64,000 nucleotides of DNA from Dehalococcoidia bacterium (GCA_965220625.1 CBDCQN010000003.1:1162186-1226185); one strand, 5' to 3'; positions 35,649-45,510 are shown, numbered from the stretch's first letter. The notes: generated from the sequence alone by a model not told the origin. A program made the numbers and translations.

Positions 35649-37466
35649 TTACGGGGCTTTGGGCACCTGGAACCGGAAGGTGCTGCCCACGTCTTCGCGG
35701 CTTTCCACTGTGACGGCGCCGCCGTGGGCCGTGACAATCTGCTTGACTATAGCCAACCCCAAGCCGGAGCCGCCGTCCTGGCGGGCCCGGTCCGCCTTGT
35801 AGAAACGCTCGAACAGACGGGGCAGATGGCGGCTGGCGACCCCGCACCCTGTATCGCTGACTTCCACCGCCGCGGAAGGGCCGTCATCGCCGACTTTCAG
35901 CGAGATGCGGTCGCCCGGTTGAGTGAACTTCAGAGCGTTTTCGACCAGGTTCACCAGCACTTGATGCAACCGGCGGCGGTCTCCCCAAGCTTGAGACGGG
36001 GTCGAAGAAGCATCCACCTCTACGGTCACGCTCTTGCGGCTCCCGATATCCGCAAACTGGGACTGCACGTCCTCAGCCAAGGAAAGCAGGTCGACCGGCG
36101 CCAAGTCCAACTGCGGTTGCCCTCCTTCGAGCCTGGAAAGGTCCAGCAGGTCGTCACCCAATACGGTCACCCGGTCTATCTCACGGTGCAGGCGCTGGAG
36201 GAAATCAGATGCGATGTCTGTCTCCTGTAACGCTCCATCCTCCAGGGTTTCCACCATCGCTTTCATGGCCGCCAAGGGGTTGCGAAGCTCGTGAGACACA
36301 TTGCTGACCAATTCCTGCTGGCTGCGCTCGACCTGCCGGATGAGAGTCAGGTCGTGGAGGGTAAGCAGCACGCCGGGCGGATCGGCGCCACCCCCCAACG
36401 GAGTGGCCACGGCGCTGACTATCCTGTGGGGAAGGTAGAGTTCCAGGTCGGCGTGCTGCCGCTCCCGTTGCTCGAAGCATTCGGCTATGAGGCGTCTCAG
36501 GTCCGGATAGAGCGGCACCCACTTCAGGGAGATGCCGCTACTCTCCGCCAGCCATGCCCCGTCCATCAAATCTTCCGGGTTGACGCCGTTGGCCCCGGTG
36601 TCGGCCACACCCAGCAGTTCCCGGGCTGCGGGATTGAGGAAAGTGACCCTTCGGTCCGGACCGATCACCATGACCCCATCGGCCATGACTTCCAGCACGA
36701 CCGACAGCTTGTTTCGTTCTTCGGTAAGGTTGCGGATGGAAGACTGGAGGGAGCTGGCCATGTAATTGAACGCTTCAGCCAGTTCCCTGGTCTCATCAGC
36801 CCCCGTAACATGCAGGGGAGGGTCGAGGTTGCCTTCGGCGAAACGGCGGGCGCCGGCAGCCACGTACCGGACGGAGCGTGATCCTCGCCGGGCGATGTAG
36901 AGGCCCATGCCGATCGCGATTGCGGCCACGACAAAGCCTCCCACCGAGACGGAGGCGATAACCCTGTCCAGGTTGGCGTCGATCCGGGAGGTGGGAACCC
37001 CGATTCGACCAACTCCCAAGAGCCGTTCCCCGCGGCGGATTGGCGACGCGGTGTACAGCAATTCTCCACTAGTGGGCGAATCGGCCCTGGCAACCCGGCC
37101 CAGTCCGGACCCCAGGGCTTCCCGCACCTCCGGCTGACCTGCCTGGTTGGCCAGGTCTTCGGGTGGCTGCCAGGTGTCCGCCAATACTTGGCCGTCGGCC
37201 CCAATGATGGTGACCCTGGCGTCGACGAGTTGACCGGCGCGGTCGGTGGCCGCCCGCAGACCGGGGAAGTCCGGGGGTTCTTCCAGATACCGGGCCGCCG
37301 CTTCGCCCACTAGCCCGGCTTCATGGGCCAAACGCTCTTCCAGGTCGGCCACGTAGGAGTCCTGGATGATATCCACCACGAAGAAGGCAACCACCGCCAG
37401 AGACACGAGGATAAGCACCGCGTAGGCCAGTGCAATTCGCCACTGTAATGACCTGGGGAACCTCAT
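35649..37466 (-). CDS. Sensor histidine kinase, PhoR-like (TM, HAMP, PAS, HisKA, HATPase)
   Basis: SNVSHELRNPL H-box and C-terminal G-boxes. The ATG at 37466 overlaps the response-regulator stop (ATGA). Confidence 0.8.
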   Translation of the reverse strand: MRFPRSLQWRIALAYAVLILVSLAVVAFFVVDIIQDSYVADLEERLAHEAGLVGEAAARYLEEPPDFPGLRAATDRAGQLVDARVTIIGADGQVLADTWQPPEDLANQAGQPEVREALGSGLGRVARADSPTSGELLYTASPIRRGERLLGVGRIGVPTSRIDANLDRVIASVSVGGFVVAAIAIGMGLYIARRGSRSVRYVAAGARRFAEGNLDPPLHVTGADETRELAEAFNYMASSLQSSIRNLTEERNKLSVVLEVMADGVMVIGPDRRVTFLNPAARELLGVADTGANGVNPEDLMDGAWLAESSGISLKWVPLYPDLRRLIAECFEQRERQHADLELYLPHRIVSAVATPLGGGADPPGVLLTLHDLTLIRQVERSQQELVSNVSHELRNPLAAMKAMVETLEDGALQETDIASDFLQRLHREIDRVTVLGDDLLDLSRLEGGQPQLDLAPVDLLSLAEDVQSQFADIGSRKSVTVEVDASSTPSQAWGDRRRLHQVLVNLVENALKFTQPGDRISLKVGDDGPSAAVEVSDTGCGVASRHLPRLFERFYKADRARQDGGSGLGLAIVKQIVTAHGGAVTVESREDVGSTFRFQVPKAP

Positions 37467-38155
37467 CCGTCCAACCGGTACCCGACACCTCTGATGGTGA
37501 TGATCCGGGGCCCGACCGCGGGCCCCCGGTATAGCTTCTGCCGCAGCCACCGGACGTGAACGTCCACGGTCCGGGCGTCCCCGACGTAATCGTGCCCCCA
37601 CACCCGCTCCAGTATCTGCTCTCGGGTGAAAGCCCGGCCCTTGTTGGCGGCCAGAAGCGTCAGGAGTTCAAATTCCCGTGGGCGTATCTCCAACTCTTCG
37701 CCGGCCAGGGTCACCACATGGCTGGCCTGGTCTACGGTGAGGTCTCCCACGGTCAGCCGGTCCGAAGTTTCGGTCCGGGGGGCGGGAATGCGGGCCCGGC
37801 GCAACAGGCTGTGAATCCGGGCTATCAGCTCTCGCATACTGAATGGCTTGGTCACATAATCGTCGGCGCCCACCTCGAGGCCGACGACGCGGTCGATCTC
37901 CTCCCCCTTGGCAGTCAGCATCAGAATCGGCACCTGAGTCTCTTGACGCAACAGACGGCACACTTCCACGCCGTCCATCTTGGGGAGAATAATGTCCAGC
38001 AACACCAGGTCCGGAGATTCCTGCCTCGCCTTCAGCAGGCCCTGTTCTCCGTCGCTGGCTACCATCACTTGGTATCCTTCCCGGGTCAGGCTGAAGCGGA
38101 GGGCTTCAACCAGGTTCTCTTCGTCTTCCACCAAGAGGATGTTTTCCCCGGACAA
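37463..38155 (-). CDS. OmpR/PhoB-family response regulator
   Basis: Receiver domain (ILLVEDE...DLVLLDIILPKMDG) plus a winged-helix C-terminus (RTVDVHVRWLRQKL). 230 aa. Confidence 0.85.
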   Translation of the reverse strand: MSGENILLVEDEENLVEALRFSLTREGYQVMVASDGEQGLLKARQESPDLVLLDIILPKMDGVEVCRLLRQETQVPILMLTAKGEEIDRVVGLEVGADDYVTKPFSMRELIARIHSLLRRARIPAPRTETSDRLTVGDLTVDQASHVVTLAGEELEIRPREFELLTLLAANKGRAFTREQILERVWGHDYVGDARTVDVHVRWLRQKLYRGPAVGPRIITIRGVGYRLDG

Positions 38156-38317
38156 TCCACCACCCCCTTACCGCGTCCGATTAGCGTCTCATGGGCGTCT
38201 TATCCGCGTTTTCGTCAATTTGCACCGGTCTTCACCGCAGCTTCGCAAGCAAGCCGGGTTTACAGGACGACGCGTCTAATAGCCAATCGGTATTATACCG
38301 GGCTGAAACAGCGACAC

Positions 38318-38348
38318 AAAACCGCCGGCCTTTGCGGCCAGCGGTTTT
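38318..38348. terminator. Terminator hairpin 3' of the ABC ATPase genes (aaaaccgccggcc / ggccagcggtttt)
   Basis: 12 of 13 bp stem flanked by an A-run and a T-run, so it could act bidirectionally. It lies about 50 nt downstream of the stop at 38396. Confidence 0.55.
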
Positions 38349-38395
38349 AAGTTGTCACGCGGATGGCTCGTGCGGTCCCTCTAGCAGCGGTCCCT

Positions 38396-39364
38396 CTAAT
38401 AGAGGTGGCAGGATACCAGGTGGTCGGCGCCCACGTTTTTTTGCACCGGAATTTCCACCGAGCACCGGTCCATGGCGAAGGGACAACGCGGGTGGAAACG
38501 GCACCCGGAGGGCGGGTTGATGGGGGAGGGGACCTCTCCGGTCAGCACTATCTCTTCCCGAACGACATCGGGATGGGACGGAAGGGCCGCCGAGAACAAG
38601 GCCTTGGTGTAGGGATGGAGCGGGTTTTCGTACAACTCTTCGGTTGGGCTGTACTCCACAATCTGGCCCAGATACATGACCGCAGTCTGGTGGGCCATAT
38701 AGCGGACTGTCGCGAGGTTGTGGGCGACGAGCAGGTAGGCCACTCCGGTCTCCCGCTGCAAATCCACCAGCAGGTTCATCACTTGGGCCCGGATGGAAAC
38801 ATCCAAGGCCGAGACAGGCTCATCCAGAATGATCAGCTTGGGATATGACGCCAACGCGCTGGCAACCGCCACCCTTTGCCGTTGGCCGCCGCTGAACTCG
38901 TGGGGGTAAAGATCGGCTTGGGCCTTGTGCAGGCCCACCTGAGTCATTACCTCCTCCACCCGGTCGTCCCGTTCCTGGTTGGTGACGTCGCGGTTGACCA
39001 CCAAGGCCTCGGAGACGATGTCCCTCACCCTCATGCGTGGGCTGAGAGACGACCAGGGGTCTTGGAAGACGGCCTGGACTTGAGTCCGAAATTCCTTGAG
39101 TTCCTGGCCCTTGAACCCCTGGATATCGTTCCCATCCAGCAGGATGCGGCCCCCGGTCGGTTCCTCCAACCGCAGAATCAGCTTGGAGGTGGTGGTCTTG
39201 CCGCAGCCGGACTCGCCCACCAGACCCAGGGTCTCGCCCTCGTTGACGACGAAGTTGATGCCGTCCACTGCCTGAACGTGCCCCACGGTCTTCATCATGA
39301 TGAGACCCTTGGTGACGGGGAAGTACTTCCTCAGGTCTTCGATTCGCATTAATTCCTGTGCCAC
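38396..39364 (-). CDS. Oligopeptide/dipeptide ABC transporter ATP-binding protein (OppF/DppF type)
   Basis: GESGCGKTT Walker A, LSGGQRQR signature, and a C-terminal CRFHPRCP oligopeptide-type extension. Confidence 0.85.
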   Translation of the reverse strand: MAQELMRIEDLRKYFPVTKGLIMMKTVGHVQAVDGINFVVNEGETLGLVGESGCGKTTTSKLILRLEEPTGGRILLDGNDIQGFKGQELKEFRTQVQAVFQDPWSSLSPRMRVRDIVSEALVVNRDVTNQERDDRVEEVMTQVGLHKAQADLYPHEFSGGQRQRVAVASALASYPKLIILDEPVSALDVSIRAQVMNLLVDLQRETGVAYLLVAHNLATVRYMAHQTAVMYLGQIVEYSPTEELYENPLHPYTKALFSAALPSHPDVVREEIVLTGEVPSPINPPSGCRFHPRCPFAMDRCSVEIPVQKNVGADHLVSCHLY

Positions 39365-39394
39365 TCTGAACTCCTGGGTTCAAACGAATTGATA

Positions 39395-39441
39395 GCGCCT
39401 GATTTTGACGGCGCCTGTTTCCCGTTTAGCGCCTGTTTCCC
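39395..39441. repeat. Short direct repeats GCGCCTG(T/A)TT(CCC) in the spacer between the two ABC ATPase genes
   Basis: gcgcctgatttt at 39395, then gcgcctgtttccc at 39411 and 39429. A fourth gcgcctgg is at 39462. Confidence 0.6.
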
Positions 39442-39469
39442 TTTTAATGAATGGGATTGCCGCGCCTGG

Positions 39470-40444
39470 CTAACTGGCCGCCACCGGTTCGGCCCAAGCC
39501 GGGTCCAGCATCCAGCAGTCTGCCGTATGGCCCTCTTCCACCTGGGTGATCGGCGGGTATTCCCGGTGGCACAACTCCCGGGCGTTCTGGCACCGGTCCG
39601 CGAAGCGGCACCCGTCGGGGAGGTCATAGAGTGCGGGCGGTTGGCCTTCGATGGCGTACAGGCGATCTGTCCGTTCCATCTGCGGGACCGAGGCCATAAG
39701 CGTTTGAGTGTAGGGATGGTTGGGTTTGTTGAACAGGTCCCTTACGTTGGCGTGTTCCACGATCCGTCCGGCGTACATCACCGCAACCCGGTCGCACATA
39801 CGGGCAACGATGCCGAAGTCGTGGGTGATGAAGATGATGGCCAAGCCGGTTTCCGCCTGAATGTCCTTCAGCAACCGGAGATATTGCAGTTGGATGGTCA
39901 CGTCCAAGGCCGTGGTCGGCTCGTCGGCGATGATCACCTTGGGCTCGCAGGAAATGGCGATGGCGCCGATGACTCGCTGCTTCATGCCGCCGCTCATCTG
40001 GTGGGGGAAGTCATCAAGGCGGCGTTCCGGCGCCGCAACGCGCACGTTCTTCAAGGCGTCGACAGCCTTGCCGAGCATCTGCCGCCCGGTGCCCGACTGA
40101 TGAATTCCCAGAGCCTCGCGCAACTGGTTCCCGATGGTGAACACCGGGTTCAGAGACGTCTGCGGGTCCTGCAGGATCATGGATATTTTGCGGCCGCGGA
40201 TATCCCGCATCTCCCGGTCGCTCTTGGGGACGATGTCCTCCCCGTCCAGGATAATTTCCCCCGACACAATTCGGGCGGCGGGCTTGGGGATGAGCCGCAA
40301 CAGGGATAGCGCGGTCATTGTTTTTCCGCATCCGGACTCCCCCACTATGCCCAGGGTCTCGCCTTGGCGAAGGGAAAAGTTTATCCCGTCTACGGCCTTG
40401 GTGGTGCCCCAGCGGTTGAAGAAGTAGGTGCGGAGGTCGCGCAC
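39470..40444 (-). CDS. Oligopeptide/dipeptide ABC transporter ATP-binding protein (OppD/DppD type); start codon uncertain
   Basis: GESGCGKT and MSGGMKQR motifs. The conserved N-terminal ...DTVLEV continues in frame upstream of the GTG at 40444 with no ATG, GTG or TTG available. Confidence 0.8.
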   Translation of the reverse strand: MRDLRTYFFNRWGTTKAVDGINFSLRQGETLGIVGESGCGKTMTALSLLRLIPKPAARIVSGEIILDGEDIVPKSDREMRDIRGRKISMILQDPQTSLNPVFTIGNQLREALGIHQSGTGRQMLGKAVDALKNVRVAAPERRLDDFPHQMSGGMKQRVIGAIAISCEPKVIIADEPTTALDVTIQLQYLRLLKDIQAETGLAIIFITHDFGIVARMCDRVAVMYAGRIVEHANVRDLFNKPNHPYTQTLMASVPQMERTDRLYAIEGQPPALYDLPDGCRFADRCQNARELCHREYPPITQVEEGHTADCWMLDPAWAEPVAAS

Positions 40445-40964
40445 CTCCAGAACAGTGTCGCCAAAATTCGTAGCGATGTTACACCTGCCTTTGTTTGGGC
40501 TCCAACCGGTCGCCCCAAAAGTTTATGTCGATAACGAACAAAGCGGCCGGGCCAGTAGTCTGGCATTCCGGCTTGGACTGGTACTCTACTAACATTGATA
40601 GGGCATGTCAACCGGAAAATACTGTTCCATAGACCCGCGTGAATGCCGTTAACAGTACGTTAACATTTCGTTGGATTCTGCGACGATATACTGTCTCGGA
40701 ACAGTCCGTCTGTTACATGAAACCGTAGTTGCAGCCGGTTCAGGACTGATTACGAATCCCATCCCTGAAGGAGTGGACCGCATCGGTCTTGAATCAAACG
40801 GGATGGGCTGCCGGGATAAAGACCGCTTGATCAAGTTGCCGATACTGCCGGAGAAGGCCTGCTCATGAAGTTAAAATAGCGGAGCGTGGACAGACCGCCG
40901 CCCTTCGGGGCATACTTAAGGCAAATTCTCGAGAGAGTCCCATCAACACGGATAGGAGGACGAT

Positions 40965-41408
40965 ATGGCGACCGAGACTGACCGGATTACCTTGGTTCAA
41001 ACCGACGCGTTGGTGAAAATCACTGAGATGGACCACATCGTATTGCGGAACAAGGATGTCGAAACCTCCCTCCGCTTCTACGTTGAGGTCTTGGGTCTCA
41101 AGCCGGAGCGGGTGGAGCAGTGGCTGGCGGGCGAAGTCCGGTTCCCCTCGGCCCGGCTCAATGACGACACGATCATCGATTTCTTCGGCAGCGACCAAGA
41201 ACCCACCGGCAAAGATGGCGCGAAGAACCAGGACCACTTCTGCATGGTTATCGAGCCCACTGATATGGAAGAGCTCAAGTCCAGGTTCGAGGCCTTGGGA
41301 GTCGGGATTCAAGCGGGGCCCGGCAAGCGCTGGGGTTCCCACGGCGACGGGATCTCCCTCTACGTCTACGACCCCGACGACAACGTTGTCGAGCTGCGCT
41401 ACTACTAG
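40965..41408 (+). CDS. VOC family protein (glyoxalase / bleomycin resistance / dioxygenase fold)
   Basis: MDHIVLRNKDVETSLRFYVEVLGLK...DHFCMV pattern. SD ggagga lies upstream. 147 aa. Confidence 0.8.
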   Translation: MATETDRITLVQTDALVKITEMDHIVLRNKDVETSLRFYVEVLGLKPERVEQWLAGEVRFPSARLNDDTIIDFFGSDQEPTGKDGAKNQDHFCMVIEPTDMEELKSRFEALGVGIQAGPGKRWGSHGDGISLYVYDPDDNVVELRYY

Positions 41409-41584
41409 GGAAGATTGCGCTCGCCCCGCCTCTCCCTTATGAACGGCTCCTTTGTTCACGCGAGGGAGGACCGTAATCTCACCGTTGTTCAGGGCAGCTC
41501 CGTTGCCGCCTTTGTTCTCGCGAGGAAGAACCCGCCAGCGAATGCGGACGGCAGGCGACCCCATAGGTGATTAACGCAGGCGCT

Positions 41585-42520
41585 ATGAACGAGTCGGTTA
41601 TCCAGACCAACGGGCTGACGAAGCACTACGGCCGAATACGAGCGGTGGACGGGCTGTCCCTGAATGTTCCGCATGGACGCATCTTCGGGTTGCTGGGGCC
41701 CAACGGCTCCGGCAAGACCACGCTGATGAGTATGCTGCTGGGGCTGGTGCGGCCCACGGCGGGCAGCTTCACCCTGTTCGGCGCCGCGCCGGAGCGGGGC
41801 GGCCTGGAGCGGCAGTTGCACCGGATCGGGGCCATTATCGAGACGCCCTCCTTCTACCCGTACCTCTCGGGACGCAACAACCTGGCCTACTTCCAAGGCA
41901 TTTCCGGGCGCGGCCATTCCGGCGAACTGGATAGCCTGCTGGAGCGGGTCGGGCTGGGCGGGCGCGGCGGCGACAAGTTTCAGACCTACTCGCTGGGGAT
42001 GAAGCAAAGGCTGGGACTGGCCTACTCGCTGCTGGGCGACCCGGAACTGCTGGTGCTGGACGAGCCGACCAACGGCATGGACCCCGCAGGCATGGCCGAG
42101 GTGCGGGAGCTGATTCGCGGCATGGGCGACGGCGGGCGCACCGTCATCCTCTCCAGCCACCTGTTGAACGAGGTGGAGCAGGTGTGTGACAGCGTGGCCA
42201 TCCTGTCCCACGGCCGGCTGATCGCCCAGGGGGACGTGTCCGAACTGCTGCGGGAGCGGGGGCAGGGACAGTTACGCCTCCGCACCACCGACGATATCAA
42301 AGCGCGGGAAATCCTGTCGGCCCTGGCCTGGGTGGACAGCATGGGCGCCGACAACGGCTACCTGGTCGCCGGGGTGGACGCGGCCCGCTCTTGGGAGATA
42401 ACCGCCGCCCTCAGCCGCAACGAGGTTTACGTCGCGGAAATGACGCCCTCACAGATGTCGTTGGAGCAGTACTTCCTCGATGTTACCGACGAAAATTCCG
42501 GCCGCGGCGACGTGACCTGA
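41585..42520 (+). CDS. ABC transporter ATP-binding protein (ABC-2 / export type)
   Basis: GPNGSGKTT Walker A, YSLGMKQRL signature and LLVLDEPTNGMD Walker B. Confidence 0.85.
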   Translation: MNESVIQTNGLTKHYGRIRAVDGLSLNVPHGRIFGLLGPNGSGKTTLMSMLLGLVRPTAGSFTLFGAAPERGGLERQLHRIGAIIETPSFYPYLSGRNNLAYFQGISGRGHSGELDSLLERVGLGGRGGDKFQTYSLGMKQRLGLAYSLLGDPELLVLDEPTNGMDPAGMAEVRELIRGMGDGGRTVILSSHLLNEVEQVCDSVAILSHGRLIAQGDVSELLRERGQGQLRLRTTDDIKAREILSALAWVDSMGADNGYLVAGVDAARSWEITAALSRNEVYVAEMTPSQMSLEQYFLDVTDENSGRGDVT

Positions 42521-43356
42521 TGGCGATGGCGATTCAGGTGGCCCTGCTGACCCGGTGGGAGTGGTTCAAGCTGCGCCGCCGCTGGGTACCGTGGATACTG
42601 CTGGGCTTCGTCCTGGTGATAGAGCAACTTATATTCTGGCTGGTGGTCACTCTTGGCGACGACGTATCCTACCGGTCGACGTCCGAGAATATCGCCAACG
42701 GCTTGGGATTTTCCGCCTTTTTCGGTCCGTTCATCGCGGTGATCCTGGCCGCCGTGGTCGTGGGCGGGGAATACGGATGGGGCACGCTGCGCCCGGTGCT
42801 CAGCCTCGGGGCCGGACGGTGGCCGTTCCTGGCCTCAAAAGTGACGACGGTGGTGCTGGTCACTGGCGCCATCCTGCTCATCCTGTCCGTAACCGTGGCG
42901 ATCAGCGGCTTCATCGCCGAGGCGGCCCTCGCCGCCCCGGAAGCCGAATCCTACGGCAACATTTCGTGGCTTAACCTGCTGGCGCTCTACTGCCGGATGA
43001 TTTACGGGTTCCTGCCCTACATCGCGCTGGCGCTGTTCGTCGTAGTCCTGACCGGCTCTAACGGGGTTGGCATCAGCCTTTCTTTGGGCTACTACATCGC
43101 CGAGACGGTCATACTCGTCCCCATCCTGAGCAACTTCGACTGGTCCGAGCGGGTCTTTGCCTTTGTGCTTGGCCCCAACGTCGGCGCGTGGCAGGCGGTG
43201 GAAGGGGGTGGCAACAACGCCACTATCGCCACCATCGGCGGGATGCCCGAAATGGCCCACGGCGTCATCTTCGTGACCATTTATGCCGTAGTCCTGGCTG
43301 CTGCCGCCCTGGCCCTCTTCCTGCGCCGCGACATCGCCGGCGCCAAGGGCGGGTAG
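42520..43356 (+). CDS. ABC-2 type transporter permease
   Basis: About 6 hydrophobic segments. The ATG overlaps the upstream TGA (TGATG). Confidence 0.7.
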   Translation: MAMAIQVALLTRWEWFKLRRRWVPWILLGFVLVIEQLIFWLVVTLGDDVSYRSTSENIANGLGFSAFFGPFIAVILAAVVVGGEYGWGTLRPVLSLGAGRWPFLASKVTTVVLVTGAILLILSVTVAISGFIAEAALAAPEAESYGNISWLNLLALYCRMIYGFLPYIALALFVVVLTGSNGVGISLSLGYYIAETVILVPILSNFDWSERVFAFVLGPNVGAWQAVEGGGNNATIATIGGMPEMAHGVIFVTIYAVVLAAAALALFLRRDIAGAKGG

Positions 43357-43511
43357 AAGCAAAGCAGCCCGGCAGCCCTCTCCTTTTTCTGACTACGGAG
43401 AACCAGGAAGCCCCGAGTTGAACAGCGTCAACTGTCCGGTTAAGGCAGACTCCCTTATGACTTCCTGCCGGAGACGACGCATTTCGTCGGAGGTGGACCG
43501 ACGGTGGGGGA

Positions 43512-43916
43512 TCAGTAACGACTGTATATCTTATCCGGGGTTATGGTAACCAGGATCCGGGGCTGTTCCTTCCATCGCTCGATGTAGTCGTCCACTTGGT
43601 CTTCGGCGACGTAGCGCTCAACCACCAGCCTGGCGCGGTCCCAGAAGTCCTGGTCCTCAATCGCGGCGCTTCCTTGGACCACCAGATAGTCGGAAGCCAG
43701 GGGTGGCTCGTAGACGCACACCGCCATGCGGGGATCGCGGCGCAGGTTGAAGTACTTCAGCCGCTCCTTGGTGGTGACGAAGCTAAGGCGGCTGCCGTCA
43801 TAATGATACCAGTTGGGGCTCAGTTGCGGCGAACCGTCACGGTTGATGGTGGCCATCACCGCTATTTTCGTTCCCGCCAGAAATTCCTCGATCTCTTGCT
43901 GGTCCAACTCGACCAC
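43512..43916 (-). CDS. Pyridoxamine 5'-phosphate oxidase (PPOX) family, F420/FMN-binding split-barrel protein
   Basis: IAVMATINRDGSPQLSPNWY...KYFNLRRDPRMAVCV pattern. 134 aa. Confidence 0.75.
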   Translation of the reverse strand: MVELDQQEIEEFLAGTKIAVMATINRDGSPQLSPNWYHYDGSRLSFVTTKERLKYFNLRRDPRMAVCVYEPPLASDYLVVQGSAAIEDQDFWDRARLVVERYVAEDQVDDYIERWKEQPRILVTITPDKIYSRY

Positions 43917-43965
43917 CTCGTACTGAAATCCGGGGCGAAGTCTGGGGTTGCGTGTAGGCCAGGGT

Positions 43966-45510
43966 CTAAGCCGTCTGGGTCTTGATCCACTCGGCCACCC
44001 GCTCGCCGATCGTTATGGTGGTGAGGTTGGTGTTGGCGCGAATGACGTCGGGCATGATGGAGGCGTCGGCCACTCTGAGGTTCTCCATGCCATGCACCCG
44101 GCCGTACTGGTCTACCACAGCCGTCGGGTCGGAGGCCGGACCCATCTTGCAGGTGCCCGACAGGTGCTGGCCGATGTCCACGTTCTCCAGCATCCATGCA
44201 TCCAGGGCGTCGTCGGAGGCTAGGTCCGATTCCTTGGGCTCTATCAACCCGTCAACGATGTCCCGGAACGACTCATGCTCCATGAATTTGGCCGACATGC
44301 GGACCGCTTCCCTCAACCGCTCCCGGTCCCAGGGGTCATCCAGATAGTGGCAGTTGATGCTGGGCTGCTCGTCGGGGTCGGTGGAATTGAGATAGACCTC
44401 TCCCTGGCTCTTGGCCAGCTCCAGGATGCAGGTGAACCGGATACCCTCTTCGGCGTAGGGGTCGCCGCCCAAGGGAGTGGAGAAGGACGACGGCAGTATC
44501 TGCATGTCGTTGCGCAGGTCGGAACCGGTGGCGGTGTAGCGCAGCACCGTCTGGATTCGTGGCGCGTCCGGGTCCAAAGGAAAGTCCGCCTTGGTCCTCA
44601 CCCTGACGGGCACCAGAGGATGGTCCCTCAGGTTCTGCCCCACTCCGGGCAGGTCCTTGACCACCGGGACCCCCAATGACCGCAGGTGCGCCGCCGGGCC
44701 TACGCCCGAAAGCAATAACAGGTGCGGTGAGGCAATGGCGCCCGCCGACAGCACGATGAGGCCGGCTTCGGCCGTAAAGGTCTCACCGCCGCTGCTGACC
44801 TCCACCCCCGTGGCCCTCTGGCCGTCGAACAGGACCCGCCTGACCTGGATGTTGCCCCGGATAGTGAGGTTAAGCCGGTGGCGGTTGGGGTTGATGTAGG
44901 TCAGCGCCGTGCTCATCCGGACGCCGTTGGGGTTGTTCATGGGCAACGGCCCCACACCTGAGGAGTCGGGATGGTTGTGGTCGTACACTTCGGCGTAGCC
45001 ATCGGCGGTGCAGGCCGAGTAGAAGGCGTGCTGCAGGGGGAGCCACGCCTCCGGTTTGTGGCGCCGTACCGGGACCGGGCCATCGAAACCGTGGAAGTCG
45101 TCCCGGATGTCCGTGTCGGTCTCCAGCTTCCGGAAATACGGGAGAACGTCGATGTACCGCCATTCGTCGTTGCCCCATTCGGCCCAGCGGTCGTAGTCCT
45201 CAGGGACGCCCCTCAAGAAGACCTGCCCGTTGATGGCGCTGGTGCCGCCCACCACACGGCCCCGGGGCACGGCGACTTCGGTGGACCGGGTGGCGCTGCC
45301 CTTGCCGGTGAATGACCAGTTGTGGGGCGCACCCGTCTCCGACGCCCGGGGCGAGTACCCGAATTTAAGGTCGTCCGGCAACTGTTCCAAGTCAGGATAA
45401 TCGGGGCCGGCCTCCAGCAACAGCACTGAACGTTCCGGGTCTTCGGACAAGCGGGTGGCCAGAGAGCCGCCAGCCGAACCGGCGCCGATTACTATCACGT
45501 CGTATTTCAT
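43966..45510 (-). CDS. GMC family oxidoreductase (choline dehydrogenase-like)
   Basis: YDVIVIGAGSAGG N-terminus, GGTSAINGQV, and a C-terminal GTCKMG...VVD..GRVHG motif. Confidence 0.85.
   Translation of the reverse strand: MKYDVIVIGAGSAGGSLATRLSEDPERSVLLLEAGPDYPDLEQLPDDLKFGYSPRASETGAPHNWSFTGKGSATRSTEVAVPRGRVVGGTSAINGQVFLRGVPEDYDRWAEWGNDEWRYIDVLPYFRKLETDTDIRDDFHGFDGPVPVRRHKPEAWLPLQHAFYSACTADGYAEVYDHNHPDSSGVGPLPMNNPNGVRMSTALTYINPNRHRLNLTIRGNIQVRRVLFDGQRATGVEVSSGGETFTAEAGLIVLSAGAIASPHLLLLSGVGPAAHLRSLGVPVVKDLPGVGQNLRDHPLVPVRVRTKADFPLDPDAPRIQTVLRYTATGSDLRNDMQILPSSFSTPLGGDPYAEEGIRFTCILELAKSQGEVYLNSTDPDEQPSINCHYLDDPWDRERLREAVRMSAKFMEHESFRDIVDGLIEPKESDLASDDALDAWMLENVDIGQHLSGTCKMGPASDPTAVVDQYGRVHGMENLRVADASIMPDVIRANTNLTTITIGERVAEWIKTQTA

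Noticed and set aside
38371-38400. Tandem duplication gcggtccctcta x2 at the 3' end of the OppF-type gene.
   Set aside because: It is real in the sequence but only 12 bp x2. Each copy begins with a TAG in the coding orientation, so it is most simply a small slippage duplication of the stop region with no evident function.
40925-40955. ykkC/guanidine-I-riboswitch-like strings (CGAGAG ... ACACGG) just upstream of the VOC gene.
   Set aside because: Only two short words match. The other conserved segments are absent and the order and spacing are wrong, and a VOC gene is not a typical regulated gene. This is chance resemblance unless a covariance-model search says otherwise.
40863-41564. 233-aa minus-strand ORF across the VOC gene.
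   Set aside because: It is antisense to a gene with a strong SD and the glyoxalase-fold pattern, and the translation is low-complexity.
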